This document shows positions 45,162 through 54,989 of a DNA stretch of 64,000 bases, one piece after another. Made by a program: the position numbers and the translations under genes. The notes under the pieces are model-generated. The model worked only from the letters and a program-made list of their open reading frames with translations. It was not told where the DNA came from and searched no databases. Each line of letters starts with the position of its first letter. Position 1 is the first letter of the stretch. The DNA comes from Candidatus Zixiibacteriota bacterium (GTDB taxonomy: Bacteria; Zixibacteria; MSB-5A5; WJJR01; JAJRUJ01). The stretch covers positions 17,568 through 81,567 of the forward strand of contig JAJRUJ010000024.1 of NCBI GenBank assembly GCA_024277855.1. Direction: 5' to 3'.

Positions 45162-47564
45162 TCAGCCGGTGACCGGCGTCTTCTTTTCCCGCGCCCGGGC
45201 AAAGTCAATGATCGCCTTGAGTTGACCCTCGGCATGGACCCCGGCCTCCTCCAGGACTTTTTCGGCTTTACCGCTGCCCAGAAATCGACCGGCACGGAAC
45301 GGATAGAGTGTGCGCCGCAGGCCATCGTTTGTGCGAACCCAATAATACATCGTCGGCAGGGTGAAATCGGTAATCCCCATCGATTCAAGCGCCAGTTTTT
45401 CCGGGAAGATTTCCTCACGTTCACTCGCCGACAATGCGGCGAACAACTCCATGCTCGTCACATAGAAGATGTTGAAATTGTAGCCCTGTTTCTCGAGTTC
45501 GGGAAGGACATCATTCAGGAAAATTGTCGCTACCGCATTCCCCTGCAAAACCAGCGTACCATCATAGCGGTCGGCATTGGGGTCGGCCCGGCGCAGGGCA
45601 TAGATCCCCTTCACCGCGGCCGTGACCGGCGGCAAGCCGAGTTTATTCCGATCAAGAATAGTATCCGCCGGACGAGTTACAAACGGCGCCAGGATAGCCG
45701 GCCGCGCCTGCAAACCGGCAACCAACAACGGCCAGACTTCGTTGGCGTCCCATGGCGTCAGGGTGATCAGGATACTTTTGGGAAAACATTCCTGTAATAA
45801 TTGCAGTGGCTGCGGATCGGCGTGAGTGGGACCGTCCTCCCCGGTTTTTGGCCCGACGTGACCATTCAGCATAATCCAGGTATTGTACGGCAACCCGGTA
45901 AGATCCCGCCGTGACTGTTGACCGATGCCGTGGGTACGCGCCGGTACATGCTCCATCGCGGCCAGGAAAGCGCCATAGGAAGCGGTGATCCCGATGTGCC
46001 GGCCAAAGCTCGATACGCCGGCCATAAACCCGCCCATCGCATCTTCACAGATTCCCCCAACCGCAACCAGGCGGGAACCCGGGTTGTTTTTGGCATGGAA
46101 AAGCCCCTCGGCGATATCTTTGTTAATTGCCGCGATACTGGTCGAACCGGCCAGGTCGGCCGCCGTGGCGATCATCGCGCCGGATGAGTGTTTCGTCAGG
46201 TGATTGATCGCCGAGCCGAGCGCACCCCGCAAGGTTACCGAATCGCCGGGTTTAAAGACCAATGTCGCCGGTGCATTATCCACGTTGATCGCATTGTTGT
46301 CATAGAGCTTGGCCAGCTTCGGCGCATTCTCGCGCGGCGACCGTTTTCGCGCATCGAGACGCTCTTTGGCCTTGGCGATATTTTCGCCGAAGAATTGCGA
46401 GATTTCGCTGTTTTTTTCGATGACTGATCGCAGGGCCATCAGTGTGTCGTAGAAATTCTGTTCGACATTTTTGGGCGAGTTGTCACCTTCAATTCGGGGT
46501 AGTTCGACACCGAAGGCCGTCTCAAATTCTTTCAACGATTTGTAATAACCGTCCGAGCCGTATTTGTGGCCGGCCCCGTGCGATGCTCTCCCCTCGATGC
46601 CGTATTTCCAGCCCTTAACCGTTTTGTATACCACGGCGGTGGGCTGTCCATTGTCTATCGATAGGGCCAGCTTTTGCCCGGTGAGGACCTGACGAAAATC
46701 AAAACCGTCGGCAACGTCAATGACATTCCAATCATGGAAATACAGCAACTCCGCCGGGTTCCACTGCACATATTCACCCGGGCCGTCGGCATTGAGACAG
46801 ACATGGTTTGAGTCGATCGACGCCTGATTGAAATCGATATGCATGACGATATTGTTCAATCCGGCACTGGCCGCCGCGGCAATCGCTTCATGGACCCGCC
46901 CCGGAGTCATCCCGCCCTCGCCTTCGAGGACATGGATTTTCGGTGCATCGCTGCCATAATAATCCAATGCGCCCATGGCCAGACCAAAAGAGGTCGGGAC
47001 ACCGACACCACTCGGCCCGGTTGCAATCTTAATAAACGGCACCATGCAGGTCGGATGACCATCCAGCGCCTTGGCCTTGAACCTCTCAAACAACGGGGTG
47101 TGTTGCGTCGGGTTACGGCGAAACCCGAGCAGGTCCTCCAAACGAAGTTGGAATTTCTCTTCGGCCAGCATTTCCGGTCGACCGGCGCGCGCCAACTCAT
47201 TGCGCAGCGCCCACATTGCGTACAGACCCATTGCCTTATGCCCGGCCGCATACGACAGCAGGTCAGAATCGTCCCGGCTCGGGTCGGAAAGATCGTAATC
47301 CATCCAGCGGTAAATCAGACCTTCGACAATATGCCCCGAGGAGATTGAACCTCCGGGATGCCCCGAAGTCGGGACGAAATTATAGAGTATTGCGCACAGG
47401 GTGCGGTAGATGATATCCATCCGCTCCCACAACCTCTGCTCGTCGGCAGAAAGTGAAATTGCCGCCGCGTCGGTTTTCTCGGAGATTTGATAATAAATCG
47501 CCCGCCGGTCCAGATACTTAATCTGGGTGGGGGTGACACCGGATACGGCTTGATCATTTGCCAT
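45162..47564 (-). CDS. Transketolase-family thiamine-diphosphate enzyme, atypically long (800 aa)
   Basis: GHPGGS (TK His motif), TPP-binding EGEGG...N block, GEDGPTHADPQ (TK signature GEDGPTHQ). About 140 aa longer than canonical Tkt. Confidence 0.6.
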   Translation of the reverse strand: MANDQAVSGVTPTQIKYLDRRAIYYQISEKTDAAAISLSADEQRLWERMDIIYRTLCAILYNFVPTSGHPGGSISSGHIVEGLIYRWMDYDLSDPSRDDSDLLSYAAGHKAMGLYAMWALRNELARAGRPEMLAEEKFQLRLEDLLGFRRNPTQHTPLFERFKAKALDGHPTCMVPFIKIATGPSGVGVPTSFGLAMGALDYYGSDAPKIHVLEGEGGMTPGRVHEAIAAAASAGLNNIVMHIDFNQASIDSNHVCLNADGPGEYVQWNPAELLYFHDWNVIDVADGFDFRQVLTGQKLALSIDNGQPTAVVYKTVKGWKYGIEGRASHGAGHKYGSDGYYKSLKEFETAFGVELPRIEGDNSPKNVEQNFYDTLMALRSVIEKNSEISQFFGENIAKAKERLDARKRSPRENAPKLAKLYDNNAINVDNAPATLVFKPGDSVTLRGALGSAINHLTKHSSGAMIATAADLAGSTSIAAINKDIAEGLFHAKNNPGSRLVAVGGICEDAMGGFMAGVSSFGRHIGITASYGAFLAAMEHVPARTHGIGQQSRRDLTGLPYNTWIMLNGHVGPKTGEDGPTHADPQPLQLLQECFPKSILITLTPWDANEVWPLLVAGLQARPAILAPFVTRPADTILDRNKLGLPPVTAAVKGIYALRRADPNADRYDGTLVLQGNAVATIFLNDVLPELEKQGYNFNIFYVTSMELFAALSASEREEIFPEKLALESMGITDFTLPTMYYWVRTNDGLRRTLYPFRAGRFLGSGKAEKVLEEAGVHAEGQLKAIIDFARAREKKTPVTG

Positions 47565-47949
47565 AACTATCGGCCCTCGTTGGAATTATGCGGTACAATA
47601 CCGTGGCAGGTCTCTGCGCTTTCTTTGCAAATAACCACTTTCCGGCAAGCGCAATGGGCAAAGCCCATCTTGCCTGCTCGTTATCTAAAACAAAGAAATT
47701 TACGTTACCGTCGAACGAAAGTCCAGTCCTGCCCCGGTTTGACGGTGTCAAAATCGCCCGGGCGCGGGCCTGGATACGCCTGTCTCAAAGCCCGGGGGCA
47801 ACGAAACTTCACGATGCCCGACTCGTATACCAGAATAACTCGAAATAAGTGGTTGATTAATGCCCAAAAGCCCGCGAAACAAGATCATCTCTGACGGCCG
47901 ACGGGGACAACCGTCCGGAGCCGGTCATTATCGCCGGGAGGGGGAAGTT

Positions 47950-48930
47950 ATGAGCAGGTTATTCGTTCGCGGAATGGTCGCCCTGATCGCCGTCGGGTTC
48001 ATCTTTATCAGCACCGGATATGCCGACGAGACCTACGAATTTACGAATATCCGCCGGATTAAATTCGAGGGCGTTTCCGGAGATATCACCCTCCTGAAAA
48101 ATGACGGCAGCGGGGTGGTGGTTGAATTATACGACAATGTCCGCCCACGGAGGAAATTCCGCGCCGAGGTGGAAGAAGAAGACGGTGTGCTTTATATCGA
48201 AGAGCGTTGGTCTTCCGGACACAACGACGGCGAGGTTCGCTGGACAATTTACCTGCCGGAAACCAAAAAGCCGATCAAATTCAAGGCGAACACCGCCTCG
48301 GGCAATCTGACCTGTCGAGAGATCACTGCGCGGATTAAGTTCAATACGGCCAGCGGCGATATCGAGTTGACCGGAGTGAACCTGCCGGAAGGGTCCAGTT
48401 TCAACACCGCCAGCGGCGACATTCTGCTGGAAGATATGATCCTCGAGGAAGAAAGTGATTTCAGTACGGCCAGCGGTGATATCGAATTATCCAAGGTCAC
48501 CTTGCAGGAAGAATGCAGCTTTTCAACGGCCTCGGGCGATGTCCGTTGTCGCGGTTGCAGCGGCAAATTCAAACTGAGTTCAGCCAGCGGTGATGTCTCG
48601 TTTAAAGACGGATTAATTACCGGTCGCAGCAGTTTTAGCTCCGCCTCGGGTAATGTGACTCTTGTGCTGGACAAGCTGCCCAAATTTGACTTGAAGGTCT
48701 CAACGGCATCGGGCCGGGTTCTGCTTGATGTTGATGATTTCGGCGACAATTTCACCCTGGTGATGGTCAAGCGGCGTGATCGCGGACGGATTTCCTGTCC
48801 GTTTGAATATACCTCCGAAGACACCTTTGAAGATTACCAAATTTATGAGGAAAAAGTTGTTGAACGGGGCAAGGGCGGTCCGGAGATTTACCTGAGCACC
48901 GCCTCGGGCAAGGTCACCGTGAAAAATTGA
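47950..48930 (+). CDS. DUF4097-family beta-strand repeat protein (YvlB/LiaG-like putative adhesin), N-terminal TM/signal
   Basis: Seven tandem 18-20-aa repeats F(N/S)TASGD(I/V)xL.... GGGAGGGGGAAG ribosome-binding site. Start ATG 47950 inside track frame 47860..48930. Confidence 0.65.
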   Translation: MSRLFVRGMVALIAVGFIFISTGYADETYEFTNIRRIKFEGVSGDITLLKNDGSGVVVELYDNVRPRRKFRAEVEEEDGVLYIEERWSSGHNDGEVRWTIYLPETKKPIKFKANTASGNLTCREITARIKFNTASGDIELTGVNLPEGSSFNTASGDILLEDMILEEESDFSTASGDIELSKVTLQEECSFSTASGDVRCRGCSGKFKLSSASGDVSFKDGLITGRSSFSSASGNVTLVLDKLPKFDLKVSTASGRVLLDVDDFGDNFTLVMVKRRDRGRISCPFEYTSEDTFEDYQIYEEKVVERGKGGPEIYLSTASGKVTVKN

Positions 48931-49129
48931 CCCCTTAAGGAAATTAGTGCCGGGCATCAGGCCCGGTCGCGGGGAATGGACCACCATCTGTGCTCCGTCT
49001 GTACCTTTTGATCTCAATAACGGGGAACTTCGGGGATATTACCAACTATGCCGGTGTATGTTTATCACTCAAAGATTGTGAGTGGGCGACAATTAGTGTA
49101 GGTTGGCCCTCGGGGGAGGCCGCAAAAAG

Positions 49130-50710
49130 ATGACTGTACGCGCACAATTGACCTCAACTCTCTGTGTTCGCTTTTCCACATCGCTCCTTGCGTTAGTCGT
49201 TCTTGGATCACTGGCATACGCCGGCGATACTGACCCGGACAAGATAGAAAAGCTCTCACCGAAAGAACTGACCGGGCTGCTTGATCGCTCCGACAGGCAG
49301 GTTTATTACGGGGGGGTGATGGTCGCCGCCGGCGATACTCTGGCCGGGCCGGTGGTGATAGTTGCCGGAGCGCTCGATATCCAAAACGGCGGCGTGCTGG
49401 ACGGCGACGCCTGGGTGATTAACGGGCAGTTGATCCTCACCGGAACCGCCCGAATCAACGGCCGGGTTGACCTGGTCAACTCCGCTGATTTTCGCTCATT
49501 TCAGGCCGAGGTCACCGGGGGGGTGACACAGTATCGCTGCGAATGCCGACTCGATGCTCCTCGCTATGAAAAAGACGGTATCCTGCTTTTTGAAAAGCAC
49601 GAGGACCCGACGATCGTGCGGACCAGACCGACCCTGGGCCTGGGCGGCGGCAACCGGGTCGATGCCGGTACGGCCGAGGTGGGTTTACAGCGGATCAACA
49701 AACTCCATAAAAAGCCCTACACGCGTGGACGCGCGATGGTGCAGTTTCCCTGGAGCAATAACACGCGCGGGTATCTTGGTTTCGATATGGATTTGGCCGT
49801 CCCGCTGCGGGGACATAAGCTGGACCTGTTGATCCGGGGATTCAAAAAGACATATACGAACGACTACTGGCAGATAGACCAAACCGAAAGCGGCTGGATC
49901 ATGGCGCTGGCCGCGGTTGATTATCCCGACTATTACGACCGGCAGGGCGGGGAATTGGGACTCAAATACCACCCCTCCGATTGCCTGCGGCTGGAAACAA
50001 CCGTCTCGTTTCAGCGGGAGGTTTCTCTTAAGGCCAATTCTTCATCGTCGTGGTTCTACCCCAACCATAAATTGCGGGCAAACCCGGCAATCGACGAGGG
50101 TGAACGGCTGGCGGTATCGACATCGGTGGTCTTTGATACCCGCGAGGAACCAGTTCGGCCCGGTGATGCCTGGCGCCTCAGCGGTACCGTGGAAAAAGGA
50201 ATCGCGGACGGACCGGGCGATTTCAGCTATACCACCGCTACCGCCGATGTTCGCCGCTACAATCTTCTGCCGCTGGGTCTGCGCCTGGCGGCCCGGGCGC
50301 GAATCTTCACGACATTTGACCGGATTCCCCGACAGGTCACACAGTCGATGAACGGGTACGGCGGCGTTCGGGGTTTGGCGGACGACCCGTTTGCCGTTCA
50401 CCGAGGTGATCGCCTGGCCCTGATCTCCGGCGAACTGCGCGCGCCGCTTCCCGAACTGCCGGTGTTCCGCTGGTTGTTCTCCCGCTGGGACCTGGTTGTT
50501 TTCTCGGATATCGGCATGTTGACGCAGGCCGAAAACGGCAAAGCGCCGCTGCGCTTTCTCGACACGCCGTTCGACCAATGGAAAAAATCAGCCGGTGTCG
50601 GCATTTCCGGGGAATCATTTCTGCCCTATTTCGGAGTTTATGTCGCCCAGGATCTGGATCGCGAGCGCAAAGGCGCCCGGGTGATTGTGCGCATGCATCG
50701 GTCTTTTTAG
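49130..50710 (+). CDS. Secreted protein: N-terminal left-handed beta-helix (bactofilin-like repeats) + C-terminal putative outer-membrane beta-barrel ending in Phe
   Basis: Signal peptide. Repeats GDTLAGPVVIVAGALDIQNGGVLDGDAWVINGQLILTGTARINGRVDLV. C-terminal ...ARVIVRMHRSF-COOH resembles an OMP beta-signal. Family uncertain. Confidence 0.45.
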   Translation: MTVRAQLTSTLCVRFSTSLLALVVLGSLAYAGDTDPDKIEKLSPKELTGLLDRSDRQVYYGGVMVAAGDTLAGPVVIVAGALDIQNGGVLDGDAWVINGQLILTGTARINGRVDLVNSADFRSFQAEVTGGVTQYRCECRLDAPRYEKDGILLFEKHEDPTIVRTRPTLGLGGGNRVDAGTAEVGLQRINKLHKKPYTRGRAMVQFPWSNNTRGYLGFDMDLAVPLRGHKLDLLIRGFKKTYTNDYWQIDQTESGWIMALAAVDYPDYYDRQGGELGLKYHPSDCLRLETTVSFQREVSLKANSSSSWFYPNHKLRANPAIDEGERLAVSTSVVFDTREEPVRPGDAWRLSGTVEKGIADGPGDFSYTTATADVRRYNLLPLGLRLAARARIFTTFDRIPRQVTQSMNGYGGVRGLADDPFAVHRGDRLALISGELRAPLPELPVFRWLFSRWDLVVFSDIGMLTQAENGKAPLRFLDTPFDQWKKSAGVGISGESFLPYFGVYVAQDLDRERKGARVIVRMHRSF

Positions 50711-50717
50711 GAGAACC

Positions 50718-51647
50718 ATGGTGGCCAACGCTCCTATTCTCGAAGTGGAAAACCTCCACCGGACATTCGGCGGAACAGTCGCTCTTTCCGGGATTAACCT
50801 GGCTTTGGCTAAACCGGGGGTCTATGGTTTTCTCGGCCCCAACGGCGCAGGAAAAACGACGACGTTTAAACTGATCACCGCTTTGCTCCGCCCGACCTCC
50901 GGCCGGGTGCTGATCGACGGGATTGACGTCCAGGAAAACCCGCGTACCGCCGCCGCCAAAGTCGGCGTCCTGTTCGACTCGCCGGCTTTTTATCCATACC
51001 TGAGTGGACAGGAAAACCTCCAGGTCATCTCCCGCTGGCTGGGGCACGAGGATCTCTCCAAGATTTCGGATTTGTTGAGTTTAGTCGGCTTGACCGACAC
51101 AGCACACCGGAAAGTGGGCGGATATTCCTGGGGAATGAAACAACGGCTGGGACTGGCCGCCGCGTTGCTCTCTGACCCGCAGTTGGTCTTACTTGATGAA
51201 CCGACCAACGGACTCGACCCGGGTGGGATTGCCGATATTCGGCGTCTGCTCCCGAAAATGGCCCACGAACAAGGCCGCACGGTAATGCTTTCGTCACATC
51301 GGATGGACGAGGTCGAGCAAGTCTGCGACCAGGTGACAATCATCCACCGGGGGCGGATCGTGGCCGACGGGACCCCCGCCGAACTGGCCGCCGGAGACCG
51401 ACGGATCGAAATTACCTGTGCCGACCCCGACGCCGTCGGCAATCTTCTGCGGCGGGATATGGGTATTACCAAGATTGAACGGGTCGGCGGCAACCGTCTG
51501 CGGTTTGTCTCCCCGAATATAAATTCCGGGAAGATCAACCGCCTGCTGATCGAGAACGGCATGGTAATTGAGCAAGTCGTGGAAAAACGCGAATCGCTGG
51601 AAGATGTCTTTTTCCGGTTGACGGGGATGGCCGAACATGATCGGTGA
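50718..51647 (+). CDS. ABC transporter ATP-binding protein (ABC-2/DrrA-like)
   Basis: Walker A GPNGAGKTT, signature YSWGMKQRLGLA, Walker B LLDEPTNGLD. AGGAGAA ribosome-binding site. Confidence 0.85.
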   Translation: MVANAPILEVENLHRTFGGTVALSGINLALAKPGVYGFLGPNGAGKTTTFKLITALLRPTSGRVLIDGIDVQENPRTAAAKVGVLFDSPAFYPYLSGQENLQVISRWLGHEDLSKISDLLSLVGLTDTAHRKVGGYSWGMKQRLGLAAALLSDPQLVLLDEPTNGLDPGGIADIRRLLPKMAHEQGRTVMLSSHRMDEVEQVCDQVTIIHRGRIVADGTPAELAAGDRRIEITCADPDAVGNLLRRDMGITKIERVGGNRLRFVSPNINSGKINRLLIENGMVIEQVVEKRESLEDVFFRLTGMAEHDR

Positions 51648-52446
51648 TCTCCGCAAAATAATTGCCGCTGAGTATTTCAAACTCAGACGGCGACGGTCCT
51701 CGTGGATTATCCCGTTGCTGGTGCTCGCGTTTTCGGCTGCCGTCTTTTTCGCCCTGGATTTTACGGTGCGCCGGACATTTATCGGTGTGCCGAGCGGATT
51801 TTATCTCGCCTCATCGACGATCAACTGGACCTCTACAATTGTCCAGTTTGTTGCGGTCATCGCCATTTGTTTCCATATCTCGCGTGAGTTCGCCCTGGGG
51901 ACAGTCAAATCTACCTGGGTGCGGCCGCTGACGCGGAGTTCCTGGTATGCGGGGAAAATCATTTCGGGAGGGGCGGCGGTCAGTGTGTTGTTTTTACTGA
52001 TCGTCGTCGTGATAGTTGGGCTGGCCGGCCTTCGTTTCGGCTTCACCGACTTGATGGAAAAAGACTACCTGATCCACTCGGCGGGCAGTTTAAGTTGGTC
52101 GTTGATTTTGAGTCTGGCCCTCTACCTTTGGGCGCTCTGGGCCTTGGTGGCGGTGATGGCGCTCATTGCCGCACTGGTCAACCATCCGGGCGGTGCAATC
52201 GCCGCCGGTGTGGGACTGGGTTTTCTCATGACCATTCTGGCGGTTTTTTCAGAACTCCGGCCATTCCTGCTTTCGACCTATCTGTCGCTGCCGTTAAACC
52301 AGATGGTGGCAATGAGTAAGGGTCTGCCCCTGCCCCTGGAGTGGGGCGAACTGGTTTGGCGGACGTTATTGGGTGCGGGCGACTGGATGGCCGTGTCGTT
52401 ATTGCTTGGCTTTCAGGTGATTAAACGCAAAGAGATAACATTTTGA
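51637..52446 (+). CDS. ABC-2 family transporter permease
   Basis: 6-TM ABC-2-type permease. 11-nt overlap with the ATPase gene. Confidence 0.7.
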   Translation: MIGDLRKIIAAEYFKLRRRRSSWIIPLLVLAFSAAVFFALDFTVRRTFIGVPSGFYLASSTINWTSTIVQFVAVIAICFHISREFALGTVKSTWVRPLTRSSWYAGKIISGGAAVSVLFLLIVVVIVGLAGLRFGFTDLMEKDYLIHSAGSLSWSLILSLALYLWALWALVAVMALIAALVNHPGGAIAAGVGLGFLMTILAVFSELRPFLLSTYLSLPLNQMVAMSKGLPLPLEWGELVWRTLLGAGDWMAVSLLLGFQVIKRKEITF

Positions 52447-52485
52447 TATTTCGTCGAGATCATAATTGTTTCGCGGGAGTTATTG

Positions 52486-54048
52486 GTGAATAGATTGAAC
52501 CAGAGAAACCTCAGCAGTCCGGATCATCGAATTGGGGTTTTGGCCGTGATCATCTGTGTGCTGTTGATGGGTTTGACTGCACGCGTTCAGGCGGATGATG
52601 GTGAATTCGTTCTTTCGCGTTTGAGTGTTGCCGACGAGTTACAGGATATCCAAACAGAAGATCTCAATGCCGACGGCCTGAAGGATATACTGGTATTGCA
52701 CCGTAAAGGCCTCGCCCCGGACGAGACGCGCTGGGTGTCTATTTTCTGGCAACGTGCCGACGGTGGTTTTTCCACGGCGGCCGATCAGTCATGGGAGTTG
52801 GATACCGCCGCAACGGTGCTGGATATCGGCGACGTGGCCGGGGACAGCGGCAAAGAAATCTGTTATCTCACCGCCGGTGAAGTAAGGTATTATCCCCTGA
52901 CCGCCGGGGCGTACGGGATTGAATCGGTCCCCTTGCTTTCGGCCAAAGCGTTGACTGTCTTTCCCTCCCGACGTCGGGTGCCGCTGATTAATTTTGTCCG
53001 CGACTGGAACGATGACGGTGCCGATGATATCGGCATCCCCGGCTTCCGCGGACTGTCTATTTATTCGCGCGATCGGCAGGGAACATTTTCGGCGGAAAAC
53101 AAGCTTCTGGTCGAATTGCATACCGGGGTCAGCCGCGTGTCAGCGGAGGACCAGGACGATTTCACCGCCGGGTTGAGCGCGCAGTTTACCTTCCCCGATA
53201 TCCGACTGATCGATTACGATTCCGACGGTCGGAAAGATTTGCTGACAGTCACCGAGGACCGGGTGATTGTCTACCGTCACAATGAGGACGGCCGCTTTAG
53301 CGAACAGGCGGCCCAAAATGTCTTTTTCGATGTACGCACCCAACAGGAGAAAATAGAAGGTAAGGGCGAAATTGAAACTGTCGTCAACGACCTGGACAAC
53401 GATGGTTATGCCGACGCGGTGGTGATCAAGCAAACCTCGCAGGGCCTGTCCAATTTCCGTGGCGTTATGAATCTTTTTTGGGGCAAACCCGAGGGTTACA
53501 GCGCCACGCCGGACCAGGTGATTATCTCCGAGGGTACCGCCTCGGCACAACTGTTGATCCGGGATGTCAACGGTGACGGCCGCAAAGACCTGATCCTGCC
53601 GTCGTACAAAATCAGTATCACCTCGATCATCCGCTGGCTGATTACCCGGAAAATTCCGGTCAATTTTAATATTTTCCTGCTACAGGAGAACCACCGATAT
53701 CCCGAGCGGCCGGACTTCACCAAGGAAGTCAAATTCAAGATCGACTGGTCGGGTGAGTCGGACACCCAGGCAATGGACCTTGACGGCGACTATAATGGCG
53801 ATAATTATAAGGATTTTGTTTTCGCCACGGCCGAGGATGAACTTTCGATCTATCTCGGCGATCCCGAAGGAGGCGATCGGTTGTTTTCCCGGAAGCCGGC
53901 AGCCCGGGTGACCGCCGATGCCTTTGGCAGACTTTCCAGTCCGGACCTGAACGGCGATGGCTACTCGGATATGATCATTTACTATCCACAAAGCAAGGAG
54001 CGAAAAGGCATCGTGGAGGTCCTGATCAACCAAGGCAAAATCAAATAG
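52486..54048 (+). CDS. FG-GAP / VCBS-type repeat beta-propeller protein, secreted
   Basis: Seven or more D-x-(D/N)-x-D-G-x-x-D calcium-binding-like repeats (DLNADGLKD, DWNDDGADD, DYDSDGRKD, DLDNDGYAD, DVNGDGRKD, DLNGDGYSD). Signal peptide. GTG/TTG start after GGGAG. Confidence 0.7.
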   Translation: MNRLNQRNLSSPDHRIGVLAVIICVLLMGLTARVQADDGEFVLSRLSVADELQDIQTEDLNADGLKDILVLHRKGLAPDETRWVSIFWQRADGGFSTAADQSWELDTAATVLDIGDVAGDSGKEICYLTAGEVRYYPLTAGAYGIESVPLLSAKALTVFPSRRRVPLINFVRDWNDDGADDIGIPGFRGLSIYSRDRQGTFSAENKLLVELHTGVSRVSAEDQDDFTAGLSAQFTFPDIRLIDYDSDGRKDLLTVTEDRVIVYRHNEDGRFSEQAAQNVFFDVRTQQEKIEGKGEIETVVNDLDNDGYADAVVIKQTSQGLSNFRGVMNLFWGKPEGYSATPDQVIISEGTASAQLLIRDVNGDGRKDLILPSYKISITSIIRWLITRKIPVNFNIFLLQENHRYPERPDFTKEVKFKIDWSGESDTQAMDLDGDYNGDNYKDFVFATAEDELSIYLGDPEGGDRLFSRKPAARVTADAFGRLSSPDLNGDGYSDMIIYYPQSKERKGIVEVLINQGKIK

Positions 54049-54089
54049 ATATCCGGGGAAAAATTATCGGCCGGAGCAAGATTCTTCCG

Positions 54090-54989
54090 ATGAAAACCGC
54101 GCAGGGAATCCCCCGTTCTCGCCATGTATTGGCCCATATCGGTTTGTTTTACGCGGCGGCAATTTGGGGTTCGACCTTTTTTATCGTCAAAGACGCGTTG
54201 AATGACGTCGATCCGGTAATAATGGTCGGCTACCGGTTTCTGCTGGCCGGGCTGCTCCTGCTGGGCTATCTGGCGGTCACCGGCCGCCCTATTTTACAGA
54301 ATGTCCGGCAGGGTGCGGGGCTGGCGGTCCTGCTCTGGTTGTTATATGTCCCGCAGACCATCGGACTGGGCATTACCACGGCCTCGAATTCCGGGTTTAT
54401 CACCGGGATGTTCGTCGCGTTTGTGCCGATATTTCTGCGGCTGATTTTCAAACGCAGACCGACAATTCTGGAGGTTATCGCTTCGGCAATCTCGCTGGTT
54501 GGGTTATGGATCCTTACCGGGGGAATGAAAAATGTAAACCTCGGCGACGGCCTGACATTGATTACCGCCATGTTCTATGCGCTGCATCTGTTGTACTCCG
54601 ATAAGTATATGAAAGCCGGCTATGATCCCTTGATTATCAGTTGCCAGCAATTTTTACTGATTGGGCTGTTCAGTCTGTTAGTCGGCGGAGCCGCCGGCCT
54701 ATCATTCAATATCGGTTCAACCAAAACCGTCGGAATAATCGTTTTTCTGGCCTTGTTTCCGACATTGTCGGCGTTTATCATCCAGATGCTGGCGCAGAAA
54801 ATCGCCGCGCCGTTGCAAGTCTCGCTGATTTTTGCCCTCGAACCGGTTTTTGCCGCCTTATTCGCCTGGACGCTGGGTGGTGAACATTTCACCACGAGGG
54901 GTGCGCTCGGCGGCGGATTTGTTTTCGTTGCGCTGATCCTCTCGGCACTGCCGGTCCACCGACTCAGGCAGTGGATTTTTCCGACATGA
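54090..54989 (+). CDS. EamA/DMT-superfamily transporter
   Basis: 10-TM protein with two EamA-type repeats. Confidence 0.75.
   Translation: MKTAQGIPRSRHVLAHIGLFYAAAIWGSTFFIVKDALNDVDPVIMVGYRFLLAGLLLLGYLAVTGRPILQNVRQGAGLAVLLWLLYVPQTIGLGITTASNSGFITGMFVAFVPIFLRLIFKRRPTILEVIASAISLVGLWILTGGMKNVNLGDGLTLITAMFYALHLLYSDKYMKAGYDPLIISCQQFLLIGLFSLLVGGAAGLSFNIGSTKTVGIIVFLALFPTLSAFIIQMLAQKIAAPLQVSLIFALEPVFAALFAWTLGGEHFTTRGALGGGFVFVALILSALPVHRLRQWIFPT

Noticed and set aside
48330-48740. Tandem 54-60-nt repeats inside the DUF4097 gene, as a DNA-level repeat element
   Set aside because: The periodicity is at the protein level (F(N/S)TASGD beta-strand repeats) and the nucleotide copies are diverged. I treated it as the domain repeat structure of a coding gene, not a mobile or satellite repeat.
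49130-49500. Calling the N-terminal repeat region of the 535-aa protein a true bactofilin (cytoskeletal) domain
   Set aside because: The protein has a cleavable signal peptide and an OMP-like C-terminus, so a cytoplasmic cytoskeletal role is implausible. I describe it only as a bactofilin-like beta-helix fold.
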